Origin: Heterodontus francisci
Lineage: Eukaryota
Reading direction: 5' to 3'
Length of the DNA: 64,000 bases
Assembly: GCF_036365525.1 (NCBI RefSeq)
Contig: NC_090404.1
Coordinates: forward strand, 3,906,001-3,970,000
Positions 13,401 through 24,947 of the stretch are shown one piece after another; the stretch's first letter is position 1, and the number at the start of each line of letters is the position of its first letter. Both the position numbers and the translations under genes were made by a program. The notes beneath the pieces were generated by a model that was given only the letters and a program-made list of their open reading frames with translations, did no database searches and was not told the origin of the DNA.

Positions 13401-13545
13401 TGGATATTGCGTGTCGCTGGCAATGCCAGGATATCCCATCCCTAATTGCCCTTGACCAGGTGGTGGTAGGCCACCTTCTTGAACCATTGCAATTCATGTG
13501 GTCTAGGTACACCCATAGTGCTGTTGGGGAGGGATTTTCTGTACC
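13400..13545 (-). mobile_element. LINE 3'-tail fragment (same family as 63000-63188); paralogue at 16880-17015
   Basis: Matches caacagcactgtgggtgtacc...ttcaagaagg...ggcaattagggatggg...gccagcgac. Confidence 0.7.
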
Positions 13546-13656
13546 AGTTCTCACTGTATTCCTGTTTCGAGTCAAGAAATGAGAAATAGCGCCACCATAG
13601 GCCGTGTCAGTGAGTCTAACACGTCAGTATTGGATTGTTCCCTGTCTCTCAACGAA

Positions 13657-13771
13657 TTGGATCTTTCCAGTGCGCTCAAACGCGGCCAATTGGTCATTGA
13701 AAGCACAGAGAGCGCGGATACCGCAGTGTCGAGTAACTGAGAATAAGCGCGACAGTCACTGCACAAAAATC
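13657..13771 (+). pseudogene. FR3 fragment of a V15296-family segment with residual spacer and nonamer
   Basis: tggatctttcca...caattggtcattgaaagcacagagagcgcggataccgcagtg nearly identical to the reverse complement of ~15318-15388; YYC missing; ACAAAAATC at 13763-13771. Confidence 0.8.
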
Positions 13772-14340
13772 TGCCTCCTGTTGACAGTTCAAGAACAGCG
13801 GCAGCAATCTCTCCAATAACACCAGGAGGCCAAGGGTGGTCAGAGTGAGAGCATCAAACGGAGGCTGTGAGCAGGGCTACGGTGGGCAGTGTTACTGCAG
13901 AGTCTGTCTCTATAATTGGCATTTGATACCGGTTTGATCAGAGATACTGATGGTCACAGCATAAAGTATCGGACTTAGTCGCTCAGTGAATGCAGTCTTT
14001 GTTGTGAGGAAAGCTTCAACATTGCTTTATTGTGGGATTATATTCAACGGTGCCGAAACTGAGTGTTTGTTTATTTTTGCTGGAAGACGTCTCATCGAGC
14101 GCATTAAAATCAATCTCCTGTCACATTCGTACTTACACTGAAATGTCCACGTTGTACGATAGATTTCCTCTGGTCCCTATTTCTAATGAAATAATAAACG
14201 TATTCTAAAAGAATGAGCTTGCGATTATGCTAAAACAACTTTCAGGGGAGATTTCCACAGACAGACGAAACCTTGGGTATCGCAGCATAAGGTTAATCAA
14301 AGTCGGCCCTGCGTCAATCACCTCAGTCTGATTAGTGACA

Positions 14341-14440
14341 AGAGTTCTGATGAAAAGTCATTGACCTGAAACGTTAATTCTGCTTCTCTCCACAGATGCT
14401 GCCAGACTGGGCTGAGTGTTTCCAGCACTTTCTGTTTTTG
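14341..14440 (+). ncRNA. Penelope-type repeat carrying a minimal type-I hammerhead ribozyme motif (14341-14381)
   Basis: AGAGUU-CUGAUGA-A-AAGUC/AUU/GACCU-GAAAC-GUU-AAUUCU: stem I, catalytic core, stem II, palindromic ACGU stem III. Confidence 0.7.
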
Positions 14441-14626
14441 TAACCTAGCTTCCTAGTTCCCTCTGGTGGCGAGCACCTGTAAACGCTTTCAAAGAAAGAT
14501 CAGAAAAAGCAGATGGCTCAGGGGAACATGCGCTTCTTAAAAGAAAAATGTAGCTGGTTAAGTAAATGAATTTTAAGCAATGAAAGATTTTCTAAATAAT
14601 TATTTTGATTCGGTCTTCGTTACCTT

Positions 14627-15288
14627 CGGTCACCTTCTCGAAAAACTCAATAAGGTTTGTGAGGCACGACCTACCCTTCACAAAACCGTGCTGACTATCG
14701 CTAATGAACTTATTCTTTTCAAGATGATTATAAATCCTGTCTCTTATAACCTTTTCCAACATTTTACCCACAACCGAAGTATGGCTCACAGGTCTATAAT
14801 TACCAGGGCTGTCTCTACTCCCCTTCTTGAACAAGGGGACAACATTTGCTATCCTCCAGTCTTCCGGCACTATTCCTGTCGACAATGACGACATAAAGAT
14901 CAAGGACAAAGGCTCTGCAATCTCCTCCCTGGCTTCCCAGAGAATCCTAGGATAAATCCCATCTGGCCCAGGGGACTTATCTATTTTCACACTTTCCAAA
15001 ATTGCTAGCACCTCCTCCTTGTGAACCTCAATCCCATCTAGCCTAGTAGCCTGAATCTCAGTATTCTCCTCGACAACATTTTCTTTCTCTACTGTAAATA
15101 CTGACGAAAAATATTCATTTAACGCTTCCCCTATCTCCTCTGATTCCACACACAACTTCCCACTACTATCCTTGATTGGCCCTAATCTAACTCTAGTCAT
15201 TCTTTTATTCCTGATATACCTATAGAAAGCCTTAAGGTTTTCCCTGATCCTATCCGCCAATGACTTCTCGTGTCCTCTCCTTGCTCTC
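14627..15288 (-). mobile_element. CR1 ORF2 internal fragment truncated at both ends
   Basis: Open ORF ..RARRGHEKSLADRIREN...SCLTNLIEFFEKVT; no 3' tail and no TSD; abuts the V15296 heptamer. Confidence 0.92.
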
Positions 15289-15721
15289 CAATGTGTGGCT
15301 CTATCGCACAGTAATGCACTGCGGTATCCGCGCTCTCTGTGCTTTCAATTACTAATTGGTCTTGTTTGGCCGCAGTGGAAAGATCCAGTTTCAATGGCCC
15401 GCTTCTCTCCTTTCCAGCCAATATTCGCGTTATTACCCACTCCAGTTCGTGACCGGATTTCCGTTTGTACCAATGCATGGCGTAAATACTGGACGTGTCA
15501 TCGTTGCAGCTTACCTTCACTGAATCTCCACTCTGGACTATTTTCACAGCCATAGACTGGAAAACTCGGTCCGAGTGACATCGACCTGTAAAAGCATTCA
15601 GATCATGAAACATGAGAGTAACGTGAATAAAAAATATAAACACAGCGGGTTATTGAGTTCAGTTCCTGTACCTACATGTTAGCAACGCTAGAATCACGGG
15701 CACTTTCACCGAGTAACACAT
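15289..15721 (-). pseudogene. In-frame TCR V gene (leader 15676-15721, V exon 15296-15585) with RSS destroyed by CR1
   Basis: Leader MCYSVKVPVILALLT; DRVFQS...VKVSC...MHWYKRKSGHELEWV...DTAVHYCAIEP; heptamer CACATTG 15289-15295 followed directly by CR1. Confidence 0.88.
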
Positions 15722-16240
15722 CCTTGTAATTGAAATGTCAGTAAGAAAATGGCACACAGTTCGCTCCAGAAGAACAAGAAATGAATGGACACATTGAAAT
15801 GCCGACATATTAAAGTTTAGACGCCCAGTTAAAGACTCGGTCACGTGTTCTTTGATTGGCTGGAACTGGATATTGTTCACCCGATGTAAAAAGGTAATTT
15901 ATTGTTCCGCAGCTCCCTTCGCCAGCGGTTCATATCTGGACATGTCAGTTGTCCAATGATCAGCTTCTTCCTCTCCTCCTTGTGGACGGAATTCTCATCG
16001 CTTTATGATAATGACTGGAAGGAGAGAGACATGGCGCAGGGTGTTCCAATCCAGTAAAATGCTTTCCTTACCGAATGAATACAGCCTGTGCAACTGTACC
16101 TCACAAAGGAAACAACAAATTCAGAACAGTCTGAATATCCCTTTCCTTACAGGATGGATGGAGGCTGTGGAACTCCACCCCATAAGGGAGTCAACGCAAG
16201 AGAGAAAAGTAGATGGGAGAGATTGATAGGGATCTGCAAC

Positions 16241-16550
16241 AGATATTGTATTGGTGCGCTCAGTATTTGTCTCACAATGCCTCACTACACAGTAATACAC
16301 TCCAGCGTCTGATATCGCCGTGCTGACAATGTTATAACTTCTTGTTGGATCAATAAAGGTCTGAAGCACCCGTCAGTGATGTTGTTTCTGATAGCAGACA
16401 GGATGGATTTGGGGCCACGGCTTGGTAGTTCTCTGTACCAGTGTGTACTGTCGCTGCCACTGCTGGTTGCACGGCATTGGATTTCAATCGATTCTCCTTT
16501 TTGTACAAACATCTGCTGTGGTTGAATGATCACAGCCTGTCCGCCGATAA
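16241..16550 (-). pseudogene. TCR V pseudogene with 23-RSS
   Basis: IIQPQQMFVQKGESIEIQC...HWYRELP, then a frameshift to ..DAGVYYCVVR; CATTGTG-23-ACAATATCT at 16241-16279. Confidence 0.85.
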
Positions 16551-17099
16551 CTATCGATGCAAAAGAGACAGGGAAATAAAAAATGAGAAAAAATGTTTTA
16601 ACGGCGAACACTTTTCTACACAAACACCTAAAATGAAAAATAAACATGAAAGTTACAATTTCTTTCGTTGTGTTTTCCTGGATTCTGCGTTCGGTCGATA
16701 GGAATATTAATTTGGGATGATTCTGATGTGTAATTGAAGATTTTATTTTCTGCTAGGTATATTCACTGAGGGCCAGGCAACAATCCAATGCTGACGTGTT
16801 CGTCTCACTGACACTGTCTTTGGTGGCCATATTTCTCATTTCTCGACTCGAAACAGTAATACTGTCTGAGAACGCCTTCCCGTCCCTTCCCTAACAGTAC
16901 TGTGGGTGTACCTGCACCGCATGGACTGCAGCCGTTCAAGAAGGCGGCTCAACACCACCTGCTCTAGGGTAATCAGGGATGGGCAATAAATGCTGGCGTT
17001 GCCAGCAACACACAAACACCGGAAGAACGGCCTTCCTGGTTCCCCAATGCCTTGTGATCCAGTAATTGATCTGATGCAGTGAACCTGCAAACATTATAT

Positions 17100-17222
17100 G
17101 GGTCACTGACCCGAAACGTTAACTCTGCTTCTCTTTCCACAGATGCTGCCAGACCTGCTGAGTGGTTCCAGCATTTCTTGTTTTTATTTCAGATTTCCAG
17201 CATCCGCAGTATTTTGCTTTTA
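17100..17222 (+). repeat. Penelope-associated repeat, 5'-truncated hammerhead half
   Basis: gggtcactgacccgaaacgttaactctgcttctct...cagatgctgccagacctgctgag. Confidence 0.75.
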
Positions 17223-17285
17223 TAACATTGTAAGGGAGCTCCCTACGGTGGCGATGTGAAATAATTGACTGGGGAATCGATGAAT

Positions 17286-17612
17286 CACAGTGGCGCAGTG
17301 GTTAGCACCGCAGCCTCACAGCTGCAGCGACCCACGTTCAAATCTGGGTACTGCCTGTGTGGAGTTTGCAAGTTCTCCCTATGTCTGCGTGGGTTTCCTC
17401 CCACATGCCAAAGTCTTGCAGGTTGATAGGTTAATTGACCATTATAAATTGCCACTAGTATAGGTAGGAGGTAGGGAAATAGAGGGACAGGTGGTGATGT
17501 GGTAGGGACATGGGATTAGTGTAGGATTAGTATAAATGGGTGGTTGATGGTCGGCACAGCCTCGGTGGGCCGAAGGGCCTGTTTCAGTGCTGTATTTCTA
17601 AACTAAACTAAA
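17286..17612 (+). mobile_element. tRNA-derived HE1-like V-SINE
   Basis: A box tggcgcagtgg, B-box-like gttcaaatc, V-domain gtggagtttgca...gcgtgggtttcc, CR1-derived tail gggccgaagggcctgttt(ctaaa)n. Confidence 0.88.
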
Positions 17613-17811
17613 AGGATGTTGTTGCATGATTATGTCGCATTATTTATGTTTCTATTATTATTGATATGTCAACACAATTTAATGCAGATCAATATACACA
17701 GGAGATTAATGCTTACCTCAGTTTAAATCCTGGTGATTCCCTTTGTTTTTAATATCCAGTCATAATGGTGTAAAATTGATCATTTTGCCACATACACATG
17801 ATGAATATAAA

Positions 17812-20717
17812 GGGACTGGTGGTCTGAGGTGCATTTGTTTTAATGCAAGAAGTGTAGTTGGTAAGGCAGATGAACTTAGGGCTTGGATTAGTACCTGGGA
17901 GTATGATGTTATTGCTATTACTGAGACTTGGTTGAGGGAAGGGCATGATTGGCAACTAAATATCCCAGGATATCGATGCTTCAGGCGGGATAAAGAGGGA
18001 GGTAAAAGGGGTGGAGGAGTTGCATTACTGGTCAAAGAGGATATCACAGCTGTGCTGAAGGAGGGCACTATGGAGGACTCGAGCAGTGAGGCAATATGGA
18101 CAGAACTCAGAAATAGGAAGGGTGCGGTAACAATGTTGGGGCTGTACTACAGGCCTCCCAACAGCGAGCGTGAGATAGAGGTACAAATATGTAAACAGAT
18201 TATGGAAAGATGTAGGAGCAACAGGGTGGTGGTGATAGGAGATTTTAATTTTCCCAACATTGACTGGGATTCGCTTAATGTTAGAGGTCCAGATGGAGCA
18301 GAATTTGTAAGGAGCATCCAGGAGGGTTTTCTAGAGCAGTATGTAAATAGTCCAACTCGGGAAGGGGCCATACTGGACCTGGTGTTGGGGAATGAGCCCG
18401 GCCAGGTTGTTGAAGTTTCAGTAGGGGACTACTTTGGGAATAGTGATCACAATTCCGTAAGCTTTAAAATACTCATGGACAAAGACGAGAGTGGTCCTAA
18501 AGGAAGAGTGCTAAATTGGGGGAAGGCCAACTATACCAAAATTCGGCAGGAGCTGGGAAATGTAGATTGGGAGCAGCTGTTTGAAGGTAAATCCACATGT
18601 GATATGTGGGAGGCTTTTAAAGAGAGGTTGATTAGCGTGCAGGAGAGACATGTTCCTGTGAAAATGAGGGATAGAAATGGCAAGATTAGGGAACCATGGA
18701 TGACAGGTGAAATTGTGAGACTAGCTAAGAGGAAAAAGGAAGCATACATAAGGTCTAGGCGGCTGATGAAAGACGAAGCTTTGAAAGAATATCGGGAATG
18801 TAGGACCAATCTGAAACGAGGAATTAAGAGGGCTAAAAGGGGTCATGAAATATCTTTAGCAAATAGGGTTAAGGAAAATCCCAAAGCCTTTTATTCATAT
18901 ATAAGGAGAAAGAGGGTATCTAGAGAAAGGATTGGCCCACTAAAGGACAAAGGAGGAATGTTATGCTTGGACTCAGAGAAAATGGGTGAGATTCTAAACG
19001 AGTACTTTGCATCGGTATTCACCGAGGAGAGGGACATGACGGATGTTGAGGTTAGGAACAGATGTTTGATTACTCTAGGTCAAGTCGGCATAAGGAGGGA
19101 GGAAGTGTTGGGTATTCTAAAGGGCATTAAGGTGGACAAGTCCCCAGGTCCGGATGGGATCTATCCCAGGTTACTGAGGGAAGCGAGAGAGGAAATAGCT
19201 GGGACCTTAACAGATATCTTTGCAGCATCCTTAAACACGGGTGAGGTCCCGGAGGACTGGAGAATTGCTAATGTTGTCCCCTTGTTTAAGAAGGGTAGCA
19301 GGGATAATCCAGGAAATTATAGACCGGTGAGTCTGACGTCAGTGGTAGGGAAGCTGCTGGAGAAGATACTGAGGGATAGGATCTATTCCCATTTGGAAGA
19401 AAATGGGCTCATCAGTGATAGGCAACATGGTTTTGTGCAGGGAAGGTCATGTCTAACCAACTTAATAGAATTCTTTGAGGAAGTGACAAAGTTGATTGAT
19501 GACGGAAGGGCTGTCGATGTCATATACATGGACTTCAGTAAGGCGTTTGATAAGGTTCCCCATGGCAGGCTGATGGAGAAAGTGAAGGCGCTTGGGGTCC
19601 AAGGTGTACTAGCTAGATGGATAAAGAACTGGCTGGGCAACAGGAGACAGAGAGTAGCAGTAGAAGGGAGTTTCTCAAAATGGAGACGTGTGACCAGTGG
19701 TGTTCCACAGGGATCCGTGCTGGGACCACTGTTGTTTGTGATATACATTAATGATTTGGAGGAAAGTATAGGTGGACTGATTAGCAAATTTGCAGACGAC
19801 ACTAAGATTGGTGGAGTCGCAGATAGTGAAGGGGACTGTCAGAGAATACAGCAGAATATAAATAGATTGGAGAGTTGGGCAGAGAAATGGCAGATGGAGT
19901 TCAATCAGGGCAAATGCGAGGTGATGCATTTTGGAAGATCCAATTCAAGAGTGAACTATACAGTAAATGGAAAAGTCCTGGGGAAAATTGATGTCCAGAG
20001 AGATTTGGGTGTTCAGGTCCACTGTTCCCTGAAGGTGGCAACGCAGGTAAATAGAGTGGTCAAGAAGGCATACGGCATGCTTTCCTTCATCGGACGGGGC
20101 ATTGAGTACAAGAGTTGGCAGGTCATGTTACAGTTGTATAGGACTTTGGTTCGGCCACATTTGGAATACTGCGTACAGTTCTGGTCGCCACATTATCAAA
20201 AGGATGTGGATGCTTTGGAAAGGGTGCAGAGGAGGTTCACCAGGATGTTGCCTGGTATGGAGGGCGCTAGCTATGAAGAGAGGTTGAGTAGATTAGGATT
20301 ATTTTCATTAGAAAGACGGAGGTTGAGGGGGGACCTGATTGAGGTGTACAAAATCATGAGAGGTATAGACAGGGTGGATAGCAAGAAGCTTTTTCCCAGA
20401 GTGGGGGTTTCAATTACTAGAGAACACGAGTTCAAAGTGAAAGGGGAAAAGTTTAGGGGGGATATGCGTGGAAAGTTCTTTACGCAGAGGGTGGTGGGCA
20501 CCTGGAACGCATTGCCAGCAGAGGTGGTAGATGCGGGCACGATGGAGTCTTTTAAGATGTATCTAGACAGATACATGAATGGGCAGGAAGAAAAGAGATA
20601 CAGAAGCTTAGAAAATAGGCGACATGTTTAGAGAGAGGATCTGGATCGGCGCAGGCTTGGAGGGCCGAAGGGCCTGTTCCTGTGCTGTAATTATCTTTGT
20701 TCTTTGTTCTTTGTTCT
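17812..20717 (+). mobile_element. Young CR1 LINE with uninterrupted ORF2 (APE endonuclease + RT), lacking ORF1 and 5'UTR
   Basis: ~940 codons open to the stop at 20631: CFNARS, ITETW, GDFN, SDH, YMDFSKAFD, FADD; (ttctttg)n tail. Confidence 0.97.
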
Positions 20718-21469
20718 AAAAGTGACTCATGATTCACGTCTATCTGATGTATTGTGGGATTTTAATGCAACTGCTGTTTTAAACTTGCCTCTGATCTATA
20801 GTTATTATTATTTATCCATTATTATTGGCAATATTTATGGCGTACGTCATGTGGGAAGCTGATTGGACCGAGAGACTGGGAGAAATTGGATTTTCTGCAC
20901 CCTGTACATTAATGGAACACGGCAGCGAGAGACAGACAGAGACAGAGAAACAGAGAGAGATGCTCAGAGACAGAGAGAGTAACGATAAAGACATTGAAAT
21001 CACGTCCCACACGGATAGGGAACGCAATGGAGAAGTCAACAACACCAATCAGATGTTTAACATCGAACCAACAAAGACACAAGTCAGAGGGAGTTCTGGC
21101 TGAAACGTTCACAGCTCTGGTCAGAAACATCGTGGGCACTGTGTTTCTTTCTGGCTGCAAAGCAACAATGGAGGTTTTCAAACAAGGGGGAACTGCAGAG
21201 GCGACCAGGAGGCTGTTTCTTCAGCTTGAGTGATGTGAGGTGACAGAAAAAAACAGTCTGTTAGGACTGATATCAACTGATTGTTGGTCACATAGAGGGT
21301 GATCAACAATTGGAACGGACTTCGTACAAAGTGACAGACCAGCTAATCCTGTTAATGGGGAAATACACACATTCCCATAATAAGTGATATCTCCCCGATT
21401 TGAGTTCACTGTTGGGTCAACAGAAATAAAACATTCTGTTATTTTCTGTCGAAATCTAATCCAGACACC

Positions 21470-21936
21470 ATGTGCTCCGCATGTTCCTTACTCATAATAA
21501 TGGTCGCAATGGTTGATTAATTTGTCAGTGTGTGTTCCATGGCATACATTTATTCCCAAATTTTTGCCATCTTCTGTGTTCATACTGCAGCAACGAATGG
21601 TAAAGACCCAGTGTCTCAGGATCCGCCTGAATCAATGGTTCGGGAAAGACAGATCATAATACTGAACTGCAGTTACTCCGCATCAAGTAACATTTCCGAC
21701 CTCTTCTGGTACATCCAGTATCCCGGGGAAGCTTCGAGATATTTACTGAGGAATTACAGCACGGGGAAAGGGGAAAAGTCTCCAGATTTCCCAGATCGAT
21801 TCTTTGCTGACTTGGACAAAGATAAGAAAACAGTTCCTTTAAAAGTCACCGCAGTTCTTCTCTCTGACTCTGCCGTGCATCACTGTGCGCTGAGCCCCAC
21901 ACTATTACAGAGGCTCAGTCAGCTCGTAAAAAAAAT
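21470..21936 (+). pseudogene. TCR V segment in inverted orientation (V exon 21591-21897), paralogue of V11802
   Basis: Open V exon but YYC changed to HHC; leader donor lost; RSS CACACTA-23-AAAAAAAAT at 21898-21936. Confidence 0.88.
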
Positions 21937-22492
21937 CAGCAGAAGACACTCAACTCCAATCACCGAATCAGACCTGGGACCTGGGTGGTTGACAGATAAT
22001 GGAACGGGAAACCAAACTATAGTCCAGTTTGGCCGAATGACATATTTCTGTGTTGTAAACGCTGTGCCATTCTGTGTGATATCCCTCTTAATATCGGTTG
22101 GGGGTGGTTGCCATGGTCACTGAGCTGCCATTTTAATGACAAACTCCGACAATGATAGAAAAACCACATTAACTATTACCCCTCACTGTTCCATCCTGTT
22201 AAAGGCCAGCATTGGATTTAATCCTCGTCCAGTTCCCTGTTGTTAGCAGAACAAATCCCCTCATTTCCTGGTCCCTGCCCTGACATAATGGATTGGAGAA
22301 CAAAGGGCCTGAGCTGACTGGATGAAGTGGAGAACAAAAGACTGCGAGCTGATTGGGCGTCACCTGTTGACACTTTCAGGAATTAACCAATCGGTAGAGA
22401 GACTGGATGTTAATGAACATCTAGCCAACTCGACTGAAACAATTACAGATTCAACCCGGTCTGTTCAAATCCGCCATCAACACTCTGCAAAC

Positions 22493-23564
22493 ATGTTGCA
22501 TAGAAACATAGAGAATAGGAGCAGGAGTAGGCCATTCGGCCCTTCGGGCCTGCTCCGCCATTCAAAAAAGATCATGGCTGATCGTATAATTCAGTACCCT
22601 GCTCCCGCTTTCTCCACATATCCCTTGATCGCTTTGGGATTAGTAAATATATTTATCTCCTTCTTGAATATATTTAAGAGTTGGCCTCCACTGCCTTCTG
22701 CGGTAGAGAATTCCATAAGTTCACCTCACCTTGGTTCTAAATGGCATACCTCGTATCCTGAGACTGTGACCCCTGGTTCTGGACTCCCCAGCCACCGGGA
22801 ACATCCTCCCTGCATCTAGCTTGTCTGGTCCTGTTAGAATTTTATAAGTTTCTATGAGATCCCCTCTCATTCTTCTAAACTCTAGTGAATATGGGCCTAG
22901 TCGGCCCAATCTCTCCCCATACGCCAATCTTGCCATCCCAGGAATCAGCCTAGGAAATCTTCTTTGCACTCCCTCCACGGCACGAACATCCTTCCTCGAA
23001 TAAGGAGACCAAAACTGCACACAATACTCCAGATGTGGTCTCACCAAGGCCCTGTATAACTCTGCTGCTTGTTACTTTGTATTCGTTCCTCACAGCTGCA
23101 GCTCTCTTAACTGGTGAAGTTTACAAGTTAGACAATCTTTCTTTACAAGCATCATTCACATTATTTTAGTTGCGCTTTCTCTTTATTTACAATGTGTCCC
23201 GTCACATGAGATATCAGTTAGAATAAATTCATAATAAAAGCTTAAAGTTCTGTATTTCTAAATTTCTGCAGGTGTTAGGGTGCAGACTCGGTCTCACAGG
23301 GACCGGTTACAGCGATGCAATTTGAAGAAGACTTGATCATTAATTGCAGCTATTCGACCACTGCTACTTCCTCCTCTATATCGCTAACCACGGAGTTGTT
23401 TTCAGAGCAGAGGCCGTGGGCGATCGATTTTCTGCATCTCTCGACACTTCGAAAAGTGCGGGGAATTTCACCATCCGCGATCTTCGGCTGTCTGACTGCG
23501 CGATGCATTACTGCGGGATGAGAGACACAGTGACAGGAACCAGAGGAAACCTCGTGCAAAAGCA
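22493..23564 (+). pseudogene. TCR V pseudogene in inverted orientation (leader split by CR1; V exon 23272-23525)
   Basis: ATGTTG|CR1|LLLVTLYSFLTAAALLTG|gtgaag; DSVSQGP..INCSYS; FR2 deleted; MHYCGMRD; CACAGTG-23-GCAAAAGCA at 23526-23564. Confidence 0.88.
22499..23061 (-). mobile_element. 5'-truncated CR1 3' fragment
   Basis: LVRPHLEYCVQFWSPY ORF and catagaaa tail. Confidence 0.92.
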
Positions 23565-24399
23565 CTGCTTCAATGTGACAAGTTGAAAGGAGCAGCGGGC
23601 AGAGTGGGAGGAAACGCGGAGTGTCAGTATTTATCGCAGGAGAGTGTTATGTAAAAGCAGCCAAATCAACAGCTGTCCAACTAACAGTACAGCACAAGAA
23701 TAATATTTATTATTAATGCAAGTAATCTTGAAGTTAATTTCATGATAAGATGCCTGATTGGACTGTTCTTACAAATTCTGTTTATTTCCAGGGCACCATA
23801 AATGCTAAACTTAGTAAAACAAATACAAAACTATTTCTCATGTTACGTCTAAGTCGCAGTCAGACCTCGTGCTCCATTTGGCTGGAAATGAACTGAACAG
23901 AGTGGGTGCATTCAATAACTATTGAATAGGCCTTCAGAACAATGAAATCTCCTCTGAACTGTGAAGTCGTGAGAATCAAGTCCTAAACTGTGGCGGAAGC
24001 CCGGGGTGCTGACTGCATCAGTTGAGAATATTTACTGAGAAGTGATATAATGATGAGGAGCGGTGCGAGACGGTTCTGTAACTCCGCAGTGCGGGAACTC
24101 TGTCCAAGCGAAATACAGATCCCCGCCCCATTGCACTACTGAGCCAACCTACATCAGACATGAAATAGCGACAAAAATCTCTCCAGTGACGCATGTCAGG
24201 CAAGGCGGGTCAGAGTGAGAACAACAAACGGAAGCTGTGGGCGGGGCTACTGCAGAAACAAATTGAGTGAATTGAAAACTCTGTGTAAGGACAGGAAGTG
24301 CGCGGCGCCGTTCAACTGCACTGGGAGCTTGTGGATCGGAAATGACGATGGTTCCATCTCGAGATGCCCCTGGATAAACTGCTAATGCTCACTGATCAA

Positions 24400-24735
24400 G
24401 TGACTGGCAACAAATAGAGTGCGACCGAAAAGAATAGATTGTGCGGGAAGGTGAAAACGGTGACGTTGAATTGTAGTTTTACAGCAACAGATACTGTCAC
24501 ATCTTTTCTGGTGGCGGCAGCTTCCCCATTGGGCTTGGGGAAACGTGTTGCTTATTACCAAATAAGGCACATTCTCAGCCGACTTCGCCAAGCACCGTTT
24601 TACAGCCGAGCTGAGCACAGAAGAGAGCACGTTCAGCTGAGAGTTTGTGGGGCGGAGCTATCAGACAGCGCCGTGTATTACTGTGCTCTGAAACCCACGG
24701 CTGCACAGTTCTGCGCCCAACAGAAAATAAAACTG
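24400..24735 (+). pseudogene. TCR V pseudogene in inverted orientation, paralogue of V6758
   Basis: TVTLNCSFTAT...DSAVYYCALKP; frameshifts; same CDR2 TAA (24563-24565); heptamer-like CACGGCT at 24696. Confidence 0.85.
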
Positions 24736-24947
24736 CAGCAAACTGTTTGTAAATAGAACAATGTGTGGCCGGACTACCCGCCCCGTGAATGTCTGAATAG
24801 GACAGATACTACTCAGATAGAATATTCCCGCAGGACAGGTCCCAACAGCTCTGAGTACAGATTTTAGATTTCATTTATTCTATAACGAAGGATGAGCAGG
24901 TTTAAGAGAGCAACCGAACGTGTATAGTGTGCGTTCCAGCTCAGGAT

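Noticed and set aside
13545-13560. NWYRK motif suggesting the missing FR2 of V13234 split by a LINE tail
   Set aside because: The same bases also match the LINE sequence (ctggg..aaatcc); ambiguous
17743-17811. N-terminal extension of the 962-aa ORF
   Set aside because: Flanking DNA upstream of the CR1 truncation point with a non-ATG start; not part of the element
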